Of a stretch of 63,811 nucleotides of DNA, positions 12,367 through 26,678 are shown in pieces (position 1 is the stretch's first letter; every line of letters begins with the position of its first letter). The DNA comes from Octopus bimaculoides (taxonomy: Eukaryota): assembly GCF_001194135.2 (NCBI RefSeq), contig NC_068981.1:145022957-145086767 (forward strand), written 5' to 3'. The translations under genes were made by a program, and so were the position numbers. The notes beneath the pieces are model-generated. The model saw only the letters and a program-made list of their open reading frames with translations, searched no databases and was not told where the DNA came from.

Positions 12367-14689
12367 GTAAGCCACTTTGGATTGTTTGAAAAATATTAGT
12401 ATTTTATTGTAACTTCATGTTTCTTATGTTTAGCTAATCACAGAAGTTACAATTTGATGGATAGATTCGTTCGCTCTTAGTTCATTGTTCTTGTTCAAAT
12501 ATATTCAATTGCAGTTAAAGGAAAAACATTTGGTATTTCAGATTTGTACATCACAATGAAATTTGAAACTAATGTTTTAATGTGTGTAAGCCAGAGTAAA
12601 GTGCGTGAACATGCATATATTATGAGTGGAATTGATGATACAAAAACAAACATGTCTACACGTTCCTTCATCACATAAGTGTAATAAAAATATCTTGCCT
12701 TTCAGTTATTAAATAATCTATTAATGCCATGTGAAAATACCATGCTATTAAGCGAAATATATTGGAAAAATCCTTGCTTTATATCTCTTCTATTTCCTCT
12801 TTATTTGCCGTCTTAATGGTTTGCAGTCCTTTACATAAAATGTATTTCTTTGTTTAAATTTGAGAGCTCGATTTCAAGGGTTATAGAAAAACAGCAGCAT
12901 TTTAGATTATATTATGCCACATACAGAGAAAATGAAGCTGTACATTTGGTAACCATGACACATTTTCTTTGTATTTGTTTAGTTTACGATGGAATTAAAT
13001 ACTTGCCGGCTACAACAATTTTTGTAGTGATGTTTATTAATAGTTAAATTTGACAAAAACATAGTATTAAAGGAACGTTGTCGGCTCTTTAGAAAAGAAA
13101 ATTGGCATTGTGAAATGTATTCTTTCATTTAATATTCAATAATTCTCCAACATAATCAATATTTTGATTTTCATGTATTTATTTGGTATTTTTATGCCAT
13201 TTCAACCTAATCTCCATTCTATCTTAAATAAATAAGAAAAACAAAAAGAGAGAAAAAGGGTTGAGAAATTGGCTTTTTAATCCATTTCTCTTTTCCCTCA
13301 CACCCTCTAGTATTATTCTCCCCTTTATCTCTCCCTCTCCTTTTTCTTATTTCTCCATTGAACACTTCTTTCTTTTTTCTTTCTCTGCTGCACGCATCTT
13401 TTCTGTTAGGCCTTTCTCTGCTGGAATGGTAAAAAATTTCCTTGATAAACATTTTGAGAAAATCTCCAAAGCAACATTTTCATAGAATATCGATGTGATA
13501 TTTTATGTCACTTTTGCATATTTCAAATGTGAAAGTTCTCATCTTGGATTACTCACAGACATAAACTTTTGAATAGAACAAAAAGAAAATATTTCAGGCT
13601 TTGTTGAATACAGTAGAAAAATTTTAGACCGGATTGCTTTCGTTAATATTTGACTTTCATCCTATGCAAATCGATGAAATACATATCCGTGAATCAAAAA
13701 CAACTTCTATTCTGTAGTTATATGTGAGAAATTAGGAACTAAACTCTGAACGTTCAACAATTGTTTTAAATATAGACTGTTAAATATATTAAGGATTCTT
13801 CGGCAATCTATCCCAAACAATGTTTTAAAGTGTTTACCTTGTTCTCAGACTAATCTAAAGCATTGTTCATTCGGACTTAGTGGCCTTGTAGCTTTCTCTC
13901 TATTGTCAGAATTACAGTTTCCGTTTCATCGATCTGCCTGAACAATGTTCATTAGGACAATTCAGCAACATCAACAGTAATAACAATAACAGCTACAGCA
14001 ACAATGGCAACAACAACAATTTCAAATTGACTAAGCCACAGATATTGAATTTACAAATAGCTTTCTGTATTATTTCTTCTTTTCCTACCACATCCTTCTT
14101 TCACATATGCTTCTAAAATTACAAAATAAGACTAGTGAAGGAAGAAATATTGAAATTTTCAATATCAGCAAATCAAAACTGACCATCATTTCAATAACTA
14201 TATCAATTTCAAAAATTAGGGTAATAATCTTAATTTGGTGTTTTCTGATAACGAATCTCAGTCACTGCAGAATAATAGCTGAACATATTTCCTTTTCGTT
14301 TAATATCAGACCAAGATATAAATACAATCATTATGATGAATAAGGCAAATGGATCAATAGCATGAAACATATTGTATATCATATTATTATTTAGGGGATA
14401 ATAAAAACATGATATGCACGTCTGTGCTTGTCTGAGTTCTGGATTTTTTTAATATATATTTATGCATTGTTCATATGCACACACATAAATACATATACAT
14501 GTAAATACATATGCATATACATATTTGAATTCTGGAAATACTTGCACCAGGCAGATATACACACTTACAATGTAACTACACAGGTACACATATATATTGA
14601 ACATCCTCTTATATTACTCTAAAGACTAATTTTTGGGTGGTATGGCATTATCTATGATCTTTGCGGTACAGATTAGCTTGTTTCATATG

Positions 14690-14965
14690 TCTTTTATATT
14701 TCATCTTTTATCTTTTGCTTGTTCCAGTCACTTAACGGCGGACATGCTGGGGCACCCCTTTGATGAATTTTAGTCGAACGGATTGACCCAGTGCTTAAGT
14801 TTTTTTTAAGTCTGGTACATACTCTTTCGGGCACTATTTGCCGAACCACTGTTATGGGGACGTAAGCACAAGAACAATGATGGAAGACAAACACAAACAC
14901 AGAGACACACACATACAAAATATTATATATATACACGACGGGCTTCATTCAGTTTTCGTCAGTTT
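14690..14965 (-). mobile_element. SINE family C composite (3' tail GGTGCCCCAGCATG..CGC..TGACTGGAACAAG)
   Basis: Same modules recur at about 5545-5640, 32720-32900, 34615-34740, 37620-37810, 52050-52240 and 58340-58620. Confidence 0.7.
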
Positions 14966-14969
14966 TGTA

Positions 14970-15016
<47 letters not shown>

Positions 15017-15019
<3 letters not shown>

Positions 15020-16330
15020 AACACTTTTTCTCTTTTATTTTCAAACCGGCAGCTGCGGTCATGCTGGAACACCACCGTTTCCTTTGCTACACTTTCAATG
15101 AACCTCCTCTTATATGTAACACTTGGTGAATGGGGGAGTTTGACGTAGCTGCCTTCATCCGTGTTTCTTGCCTTGAGATAGGTTCATCTTGAACTCTTGA
15201 CAGGAGATCCAGTTTCGCCTTGAAAACGCCTACATCTACGCCATGCAGGTCCCTCAGGCTTTGTGGGAGGATACCGAAGAGCTGTAGTCCTTTGAATCCC
15301 AAACTGTTTCAGTGCATCTTGTCTGCTTTTCGTTGGACTTCGTCTGTTGATAGAGTAGGGCTTGGAATTTTACAGCATTACACTGTATGTTATTTTTTTC
15401 TGCCCACCTGTATATGGTATCCAACTCCTGTTACAGATGTGCAAATTCTCCTGGGTTCTGTACCCTCTGAGAGACATTTGCATTATCTGCATAGCCAGCA
15501 AGGGTGACTATTTGAGCTGCTGAGGACATGTTTGAGAGGGCCACTATGAATCGCAGCGGCACTAAGACTGTGCCCTGTAGAATAACACTTATTATTTGTG
15601 CTTCCTTTAAGGTGGCCCCGTTGGCCACCACTACCTTACTTCTATCTCTTAGAAAGTCATGTAGCCATTCTCCAAGTTTTCCAACTACGACAAGATTACA
15701 CAGTTTGTAACATATTATACCACAGTCGACTTTGTCAAAGGCTTTTGCAAAGTCGAGGTACATCCCTTCCATATTTGAGTTGTTGAGAGCTGCTTTAGCA
15801 CCTAATTGTAATGCTGCAAGAGCTGAGTCAGGGAGTTTCTACCTGTCGAAAACCGTGCTGGTTATCTGTCAGCAAATCATTCTCTTCAAGGAATGCAATT
15901 AATTTCCTTCGGACTATTTGTTCCATAACCTTGCTGATGTGTGAGGTCAGAGATTTTAAGCCTGTAGATTTTGCATCTTCTATGCTCCCTCCTTTATGAA
16001 TAAATCATATTATTCACTCCTTCAGTTTATCCGAAAGCTTAATGTTTGTAAGGAAGCTCTAAAAACAATTTCAGTGGTTTTGCAAGGGTTCGTTTGCATG
16101 ACTTAAGAAGGATTGCTGAGAATCTCTCGGGGCCAACAGCTGAGCTTGCGTCCAGATCATCTATTGCCAGTATTACATCCTATTCTTTGATATTGATGTA
16201 CTCAAATTTTCTGCCTCGCTTTCGGCTTCTGTAGTGGCAAAGAATTCTGCAGGTTTGCTTTGTGCACCGTTTTGTAGTGGGGTTGTACTTGCAACGATTA
16301 CTAATCGGTGCAATTGAAACATGTGTTGGA
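15017..16330 (-). mobile_element. CR1/L2-like LINE, 5'-truncated, degenerate RT plus 3' UTR
   Basis: RT motifs YLDFAKAFDKVD, QGTVLVP, YADN in ORF 15431-15772. Upstream frames give ..KRTLAKPLKL.. and LTSHISKVMEQIVRRKLIAFLEENDLL; the 3' end abuts (AT)n. Confidence 0.93.
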
Positions 16331-16410
16331 CTTAGAAGGCAGTTTATAATTATACAATTAAAGGTAATGCTACTGCTACCTCGGAGTAATCCTTATCTTT
16401 AATATTGTCA

Positions 16411-16546
<136 letters not shown>

Positions 16547-16899
16547 TAATATAAATGAGTAACAGCAGAGATACCGGTGTCAATCCATTACGGCCGTTTC
16601 TATCGATTCTTCAATTAATTAACGAAAATATTGCATCATTGTAAAGAAATTGTTTTAGTCAGATGAATTCATGAACATCATCATAAAGGACATTCAAAAT
16701 GATTTATCATAGTTTTAAATCCATGGAACAAAAGCATTTACAGTGATTCTGTTACTATTTCAGTTTATATACATTGAAAGAATATCGTTACTTATGCATT
16801 CAATTTGACATTTACATGTTGTTGTGTGTGTATATTATTCTGACCTAACAAAGTGCTTCAATTTAAGTACTTAATTCAAATGAATCCTACTTATATATT

Positions 16900-16942
<43 letters not shown>

Positions 16943-17707
16943 GTGGGTGTGTGTGTGTGTGTGTGTGTATGTGTGTGTGTGTGTGTGTGTGTATTTCTAT
17001 ATATACATATATGGATCGTTGGATATTTTCGGTTTAATTTTGGATTTAGAATTCTTATAAAGTATTCTTCTTTTTCCTTTCATAGTTGGACATTTTCATC
17101 GTTTATTTTGTAAAATTGGAATATTTTAAATTTTCTATTTGCACAGATATCTAGATGTTCACTGCATGGGACATTCCTAAGGGAATGTTGAGGTTTCTAG
17201 AACACACACATGCACACACATAAATAGAGAGATAAATGCAAATATATTTACGTACATACATTTGAATTCCTAGAATGACTTAAATTTAATCACTTAAAGT
17301 TTCACATAAATGAGGAAAAGGACTCTCATTGATCGGATTGCCTTCTGAATAACGCGATTGCTTGAAACGATCTAGAAAGCAAGTAATAAACATTATATTT
17401 GTGGATGGATAATTCTTCTTATTCGTAGAACGCTGGTCATAAGATACCAATGGCTCCATGAGAATAAATTCCTAATTAATCGATCATAATTTGAATTATC
17501 CAGGAAACTAGGCTGTTGTTCAGACTGAGTGCAGATGCGATTACAAACGAAGTTTTGAGTAGTAACCGGTGACACCAAAAAAGAAAGAGCCACTTCAGTA
17601 AACGGAGGCAATCATTCCTGAGGTTATATTATTAGTGAAGTCACTTTTTTAGTACTAACCGGTAGCACAAAGTAATAAATTATATATTTACGAATGTGTA
17701 CAATATA

Positions 17708-17708
<1 letters not shown>

Positions 17709-17785
<77 letters not shown>
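17709..17785. repeat. (AGT)n microsatellite
   Basis: Direct. Confidence 0.97.
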
Positions 17786-17786
<1 letters not shown>

Positions 17787-17869
17787 TGCTCGGGAGAAAA
17801 TAACGAAATTAAGTATGAAATATTTGACCGAATTAGTGTATATAAACAAACTGAAAGACAATCTGAAAC

Positions 17870-18157
17870 GATGCAGCATTCCCTTTTCTTCCTGGGAAAA
17901 CACAGCATCAGTACGTAGGACCTAGCACCAGCCCTGCTTTTCTTCAGTTAAAAAAAAAATTGAGCAAAATCGACTCCAACACCGGGATCAACTTCGTTCA
18001 AGTATGCATTCATGAAAGTTGAGTCCTCAACTTGTTCCATATGCCAAAAGGTTTACAAGTCACCAGCAGGCCTCAAGAGACATGTTCGTGTCCATAGAAT
18101 ATGATCAACACATAATTTTACTGGATTCTCATTTGTCATCCACGACAAGAGAATCCA

Positions 18158-18160
<3 letters not shown>
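17870..18160 (+). mobile_element. RTE-type LINE 3' end with C-terminal C2H2 zinc finger
   Basis: 18033-18104 translates CSICQKVYKSPAGLKRHVRVHRI*. Upstream decayed ..WENTASVRRT.. resembles the RTE WE..A.DR..WR motif; a 3' hairpin and (AT)n tail follow. Confidence 0.75.
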
Positions 18161-18206
<46 letters not shown>

Positions 18207-18893
18207 TATGTGTGTGTGTTGTAGAAATATGTCATGCTTGAAGGATCTGCACAAAAGATGTTTGCGTAAATGTGAGCTAAGTATTAAAAAAATCTACTTA
18301 TGTCTTAGAATACGATTTAGCTATTTAGAGCTAAATTTAGATAGGTTTATAGAAACTCGGCTGATCTTATGCATGTAGATAGCCAAACTAGAGAATTAAG
18401 TAAACAAACGTATATGTGTGTCTTTGTGTGTGTCTATGGACATATGAATATACATACACACACTCACACACAAATACATCTATTTCCAAATTTTTATACA
18501 CACACAGGAATATATTTATACATATGTATATATATATATATACTTGTATGTATATATACATACATACATACATACATACATACATACATGCATACATACA
18601 TTTCTATAGGAATACTATCAAATGATTTTCAGTAAACCTAATTTTAGCACTAAGTAGCTAAATCATATTCTATGGCACAAATACACGAACTTTATTGTAC
18701 TTCATTCCTTCAGTTTCTTTCTGCTATAAATTCCCATATTTTTCCAGCAAACCCTCCCCCACTCATTTATTTACATTTCCCCCGAAGCCTCTCAGCTAAC
18801 TTTAAATAGTCTTTTATTTAAATGTTTCAGAGACGGCACTCATTCACACATGCACCTACGTGCACACACACACACACACACACACACACGCAT

Positions 18894-18931
<38 letters not shown>

Positions 18932-20270
18932 TCAGACCTTTCTTTGTACCTCAACACACAAGCCACACACACATATACACAGAAGCACAAAAATGGACAT
19001 ATACTCCCACACACACAGAAACATATTAGCTTACATATTTCACATACGTATTTACCATAATTGATCCTAAAGCAAGTACTATCAAGATAACGTCTTTAGA
19101 ACCAGAGAGAAAACGATCTACTCTATCTTGGCCCTTTTCTTTCCAAACCAGCCCCTTTTCTTTCTGAACCAGCCTATCAATACCTTGTCAAAAAGCCGGC
19201 CACACAACACAAGAACACTTTCAAAGTAAAAGTAAAACTAACTACACTTTTCGTCAGAATCCCCTCACACTGGTACTTATAAGTTACTGTCTATTTCTTA
19301 TTTTATGGTGACTACTTCAAATATACAAACGATTAAATTCTTTTATTACTGTTCAATTTGTTAGTCGACCCGTTTTCAATGGTCAATTTATTTTAGCAGT
19401 TGGCTATGTTCTGTTGAACAGCTGTTTGGGTCTAGGACTCTCTTGCAGTGTCCCTTCCATTACTACATCATTTTATAATAATTATCCCGCCAACGATTGT
19501 AACAAATTTCTAATATGAATCGTTTGTCTACTCGATTAAATTCGTTTTTCCTCTTGAGCAAACACATTTTTATGATGATGTATTATTTTTCCTAGACGCA
19601 TAGCGAATGTTTTCCAGAACATTTTCTATAGAAGTGACGAAATCTATAATTCTCTAATTTATGTTTATATTCGCTTATGTTCCAAATATGTTGCATCAAA
19701 GACGTTAAATATGCTGACGTACAAATGCATAAATTGTGCATATCTATATTTGATAGTTATGCCTATTGCCGAATATAGTTTTTATCAGTACATACCACTC
19801 GATAGCGTTATTTTTAACAATTATTTCTTTGTTAAGACAAATACTTCCTACGGTGCATATTCTCGAGATGTAACAGTTACATTTGTGTTTAGAGTGAGGA
19901 TTATGGGTTGGTAGCTTAGTTATTCACATTCTTAATAGTATGCATTTGGTCCCATGTTGGGAAATTTTGTATAATACTTATTGAAGAACCTGTTGCATCA
20001 GTGATCGGCTACGACATATTTACTTAATACCTTTGTCACTACATTAAACTGATGTAGCTATTTTTTCCTCTGTTGGATTTTTGGCTCGTTTGGTCAACAC
20101 TAGGTATGTTAATGTTTCTTTAAACCTGTTTTCGTTTAGAGCCTCATTGAATAATCAAATATATTTTATTACATCGAACAGCACTGTTCAATAATGATGT
20201 AATTCTAGAATTCTACCCAACGATCTTTAAAATGTTTAACATAATAAAGTTTGATATTTTAGCTGCATTT

Positions 20271-20305
<35 letters not shown>

Positions 20306-21389
20306 CGATATATACAAGGATATATATGTGTGTATATAAGGATAAGAAATATGGCAACAAATTAAATAAATACTAAATTGCATTTGGCTTTACCCATTCT
20401 GTCATCTGTTATATAATGACTTCTAATATAGATTACAGACCAGAGATGCATATGGCATAATGTAGTCAATTTAATCTGCATCATTAGATTAAATTTATAA
20501 ACATTGGAAGGATGAAGAACGAAACTAATTTTCGACAAGATTTAAATTCATAATGTCAAGGGGACTTAAGTGAATCATGCAGCAAATTTTGTCCAGCACT
20601 CAACCGACTCTTCCGTCCAGCACCTTTCTGAATAGCGTAAAGAATAACATAATCGTATTAACGAATGTTATAGAATTCTGGAATTCTAACCACCAATCAC
20701 GAACATATCTAGCATAAAATTGGCTTTTTAGTTCAATTTGTCATATTTTATATGAGAAAAGAAGACAGCCACGTCCCCGAGTAAATTAATTGTTTAGTAA
20801 AATTAGAAATATATTGTGTTTCACTTTTGTTACAATGTTTTAAAATTAAAGATTGGCGACGTTAATTTTCAGCTATAAACAAAGTAATAAATTATTCGAA
20901 GCTAACCATCAGATATCAGAAATTTATAGTTTTTATTTTTTGAGAACAATATAACTTTTATGCATTCCATAGATTTAACATTTAACGTTATTAATTTCGA
21001 AACGAGCTTTTTCTGTTACTTAATGTTGTCCATTAACTTTTCATAATGAATATCAATGAAAAACAGAAATTCCAAGGCAAAAAACATTCTTGTAAATTAT
21101 AAATATTTAATTTAGTATAGAGTTCTGAAAGCAAAGTGGAAAAAATCAAATGACAGTCTGAAAATAACAATAGATTTTTGTAATTTGACACATGAATTTA
21201 TTAAGACGAATGCAACGTGCGTGCGACAAATGTGAATATAGTTTATTCATAGAAATTAAACCTAACTTCAAAAGAACACTTCATTATATAATGTACATTA
21301 ATTCATAACGAATAAAACATTTTCTCTTAAGTACGCACTTGTTTTTGTACCAACACACACTCAAACACAGACACAAACACGATTATATG

Positions 21390-21518
<129 letters not shown>

Positions 21519-22580
21519 GTGCACTTATGAGCGCATGTACACAAGCACATGACTGACAAATTTATAATTCTGTTTGAAATATTTCTCTTATGTTTCATTA
21601 ATATTGTTAATTAGCAATTAAACGTTATGGCTTTACTTTTACTCGGTGTTATTTTCCAGGTTAACCAAAAGAAGATTATAAGCAAGTACAATAATAATAG
21701 ATATAAATGTTAATAATATATAAACTGAAACCAAAACTGTATGAAGAAAGTATCTTCCCTACTCTTCCATTACTGGCAAATAACATATAATCTTAAATGG
21801 TGTTGACCAACTGCAATGGCTAAAATAAGAGAATGCTTAAGAACGAATAAACAATGCGAAAATTGGTAGGGTGGCATATTGGTTTTTCCAAAAGACAATA
21901 ATTATATAAAAGAATCAGAAATATATTCAAATATGTGTCACGGACTCAAGGACTTGTCTGGTGTAATCGATCACCTTGATTTGTAAACGTGCGGTGCTTC
22001 TGTAGTTTTTATAGAGCAATATACCATTCAGTATATCCATCTTCAAAAGCAAGTACATATGTGCATAAATGAAAGTGAAAACTTTTAAATGAGTAATACT
22101 AAACGGTCAGGATATGTGTCCATATATCATGACCTTTGAATTGACGCTATTCCATGGCAGCGTTTGTTCGAAGATGTTACCTTGGATCACTGTATTATAA
22201 AATGTAGTGATTTCGTCTCAAAAACCAGGGTGCGAATCGGCCGTGCTTAGAAAGGTTCAGTCGATTATATTAATTTCTATATTTCTATATTTCACTGAAA
22301 AGTATTATATCGATACCGGCGAAATAAAAGCTCAAAACAACTAACCATTTATAACTAAATACTACTCAAAATTTGATTTGATTTGCAACCGATTCCGAAT
22401 GAATTAAAAACAATGTCAACTTTGGTGGGTTTGGAATTTCGGACGTAAAATGACTCAATTAAAACTGTCTGACATTTTACTCATAGCCTCACTTCGAAGG
22501 AATTTTCACTTAGGAATAGATATTTTGTGAAGGAAACAGTTGATGACGTTGAGCTCAATACTTGAGTGCTACTTTATATT

Positions 22581-22814
22581 TATTTCTTTATTGCCCACAG
22601 GGGGCTAAACATAGAGAGGTCAAACAAGGACAGACAAATGGATTAAGTCGATCACATCAACCCCAGTGCGTAATTGGTACTTAATTTATCGACCCCGAAA
22701 GGATGAAAGGCAAAGTCCACCTCGGCGGAATTTGAACTCAGAACGCAAAGACAGATGAAATATCGCTAAGCGTTTCGCCCGGCGTGCTAACGTTTCTGCC
22801 AGCTCGCCGCATTC
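22581..22814 (-). mobile_element. SINE family A, full length, tail variant 1
   Basis: tRNA-like head GGCGAGCTGGCAGAAACGTTAGC..GAGTTCAAATTCC; 16-bp TSD agtgc(t/a)actttatatt at 22565-22580 and 22815-22830. Confidence 0.93.
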
Positions 22815-23573
22815 AGTGCAACTTTATATTATCGACTAGAGAAAAACGTAAGTCAAAGTAGTCCACAGTGGAACTAGAAATCAGAGCGTAACAGTACGCT
22901 GACCAGTAATATTCTTCGATTACAATTAGTTGCAATATATCCAAATGGTAGAGACGAGAACCCAAGTTTAAAATATTACATAATTTTATAAACGTACGAT
23001 TTTTTAAATATTAGGCATAATGATGGAGGCCCTATAATTAGTGTATTGAAATGCTATCTTCCATCATTATGTTTTGAACTGCTAATAATGCATAGAACAT
23101 TCGTGTACATTCAGTCAGTCGTAGGAAAACTTTTCGCTGCGTAAATAGTCTAGAAAAAACTTCTCTTCATACATGTTATATTTTACATCACCAAACATTA
23201 AGAGTTCGTCTGTGACTAAGAGATTTACAATTCACTATCAATAGAATACTAAGCAGCGGCAACATGGTTTCCGCAAAAACTGTTGCTAATCCATTATTTC
23301 ATCGCATTCATACAAATGCATAATATCCAACATGTCAGTCGTTATAATTTAGCGCGTAAAGATCCTAATCTTGCTACCAAGGAAAATATATTTTTGCCTC
23401 CCACTCTCTCCCTTCCTCCCTCCCTTCCTCTCTCTCTTCCTTTATCCCTCTCCTTTTCTCGCTCTGTCTCGCTCTCCCTCCTTCCATTTCACACTATTTT
23501 TTATTGTGGCTATGTATCAGTAAGTCTACGATGAAAGGGGAAGTCGAAATAACAGATGCGTGATGTTATCACT

Positions 23574-23574
<1 letters not shown>

Positions 23575-23665
<91 letters not shown>

Positions 23666-23754
23666 ATCTCTCTCTTTCTTTCTCTCTCTCTCTCTCTATC
23701 TCTATCTCTCTCTTTCTCTATCTCTCTTCCTTTCTCTCTCTCTCTCTCTCTCTA

Positions 23755-23825
<71 letters not shown>

Positions 23826-23836
23826 ACCTCTCTCTC
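23575..23836. repeat. Long (CT)n polypyrimidine microsatellite
   Basis: Direct. Confidence 0.97.
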
Positions 23837-24462
23837 TTCCTGGTTCAATTCTTTTTCATTCCTTCTGCTATTTCATATTCCATTCTTTTGGCTTTGGCGC
23901 AATTTCATGTGATATTTCTGTATTTAATTAGTGGGATTTTCTGCTGGAATCAATATTTCTATCCCTGTTAATTTGTCTCAAAGCTAGTTAAGAAGCTATC
24001 TAAGGTTTCCCGACTGTCGTGCTACATGTATCATTGTATTCATTGGGTATTACAACTGAACAGAATAAATATTACACTTAAGGGTTTCATTTCTAATTCG
24101 AGATATCTTCACCATTGAACCTTTGCCGTTTCTTTAATTCCCAACTGTTCAATTGTATACAAGGGTAAGTACAGAAAAGATATTCCAAACTCTACTTATT
24201 TAGGAATACCTTACACATGATATAGAAAATTAAGTATAGGCTTCGTATTTCGTTTCAAGCCGACAGATCAAAATTCTGAAATCCAATTACAAATATATTA
24301 ATTTTTTTTTTTCACATTATTCGAGACCTATTTATTTTCTTTGGTCAGTTGCAAATTACAAATAGCAACTAGAATATTGCTTTGATTAAAATATACATTG
24401 ATACGTATGTGTGTATGTATGTTCGTACGTGTCTGTGTGTGAGCAGAATTTATAAATGTGTG

Positions 24463-24498
<36 letters not shown>

Positions 24499-24570
24499 AT
24501 ACGTGTGTGAGTGTGCATGTGTGTAAGTTACAGTGCGTAAGATCTCTATATACGTTTACACACATACACA

Positions 24571-24607
<37 letters not shown>

Positions 24608-24668
24608 GTGTGTGTGTGTGTGTGTCTTTGTCTGTGTTTGTGTGAGAGAGAGTGCATGTGTGTGTGTA

Positions 24669-25029
24669 TCTATACTCATTTATGCATATGAATATAGCTA
24701 TACTTGCATATGATATGGACACCTTCTACACGCCCACGAAATTCTAAGTCGAATGAAATTGAATGAGGCTTCATTGAAAATTATTTTGTTCTTCTATAGA
24801 ACTATAGCCAGCAGTGACCTTTTGCTACAACGTTTCGTATCAAGACGTCAGATGTAAACAAACAATGTGATCGAGTTGTCTGCAACTCATTTTCAGCCAA
24901 AAGTCTACCAATTTCAACGGATCTCACTCAAATTTGACGTCGATGTTACTTAGTTTGTTTTGAAATAAAGAACTTGATTCTCTTAATAATCCTAGCTTAA
25001 TCCCGGGCAAAGCCGGGATATACTGCTAG
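24669..25029 (+). mobile_element. Non-autonomous Helitron
   Basis: A|TCTATACT 5' end; 3' hairpin TCCCGG-gcaaag-CCGGGA followed by tatactg CTAG|T: canonical Helitron termini inserted between A and T. The 5' boundary is less certain than the 3' end. Confidence 0.75.
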
Positions 25030-26315
25030 TCAGAGATAATATGCATGTTTGATATTAAAGATATCTTACAAGAATGTCATTAACCTTCTTCCTTTTACCT
25101 TCTTCTTTTCTATCATGTAAGTATACAATGGATAACTGAAGGGACTATGACTCAGTTTATGAACACAAGAGAATTTTATAGCCAGTAGCAGTTCAAGGCT
25201 AAAATCTAAAGAATTTAGATAGTTGGTGATGAGGCTGTTATAGGAATCTATACCTCCCTCTCCATCTCTCTCTATGATACAGCATATTGTTGAAAACTTG
25301 TCAACAGCTCCAAATGATTTTGTTTGACTATAGTCATAAATTGAATCTGAACTTGTGTATCAACAAAAAGTAGATGGTACAAGATTAACTTCGCCCTTCA
25401 TGTAGGTTGATGTAAAAACTCTGAATGCAGCTCACGCTCTTACTTTGTTTACTATTGTCATAACTAAGATATATAAAGAGAACGAAGCTCGGATCGGAAG
25501 CAAACAATGAAAATCTACGTTGTTTATAGACCTCCTATGATGTGTCTTTGTGAATTACGTTCAATGTCTATAAAGACATTGTCATTGTCCTTAAAATTTT
25601 TTGTCTCTGTCTCTGAACGGTGCACTCAACACATAATGTTTGATTCCTTGAGCAGATTTGCAGGGTTAAACCATATGATAAAGTGAAAAACAGTTCCATT
25701 CTGTCTACTTTTATTATTAGAAGCATCGTCTCATTTAATATTAGAATCAACTGGTATGATGAGTATAATTAGATTAGATAGAAGACCATTAAATTCCCAA
25801 GTAACTCTTTTATACGCTGATTTACGAAGTAGCTCATCCGACTTCAAGACGCTCCTCCTTTATAAGGACAAGCTAAAAGACAATCTCAACTTCCAAGAAA
25901 TATATTCTAGTGAATAGGAAACCTTAGAAAATAATAGGAATTTGTTACCAGTTACTCGTTTTGCGGCAGTAAATCTGCCTACCATCCTATAGCATGGTTG
26001 ACCTAAAAAAACGCGACATGGTTTCACTCCTGTAGAATGCAATTATTTCTCTCCGGAAAACGGTTTTGTTGCACAAATTAAAGTGATGTTTTCTTTCGAC
26101 ACTTGTATGCATGGCAGGGGATAGAATTGTTACAATTACTCTGATAGCATTTGTATAGCATTTAGCTGTTTGAATCTGCACACGCATAATCATTCAATCA
26201 ATTAAATCTGCGGAAATTAGTTACTGAAAGTCCATTCATCATACATGAGGAATCATCTTTACATGCAGGCATGTTGTTTAGGTTACTATTTCTAATAGAA
26301 TTGTTGCTTGTGATC

Positions 26316-26348
<33 letters not shown>

Positions 26349-26547
26349 GTTCGTATGCATATGTGTGCATATGTAAATATAGCATGAATGTATTCCTAAA
26401 TTTGTCGCGTATATGAATGTGCGGTCGTGTGCATACGAGTATATAGCTGTTAAGCTATTGATGTATACTCAGTGGAGAGGAGATGTGTAGGATTCTGGAT
26501 GTATGTTTGTTAGTTGTATGTGATTGTGTGAGTAAAGGGACTATTAA

Positions 26548-26678
<131 letters not shown>

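Noticed and set aside
13900-14110. Asn-rich open frame after ctattgtcAG
   Set aside because: Driven by an AAC/AAT degenerate microsatellite; no donor.
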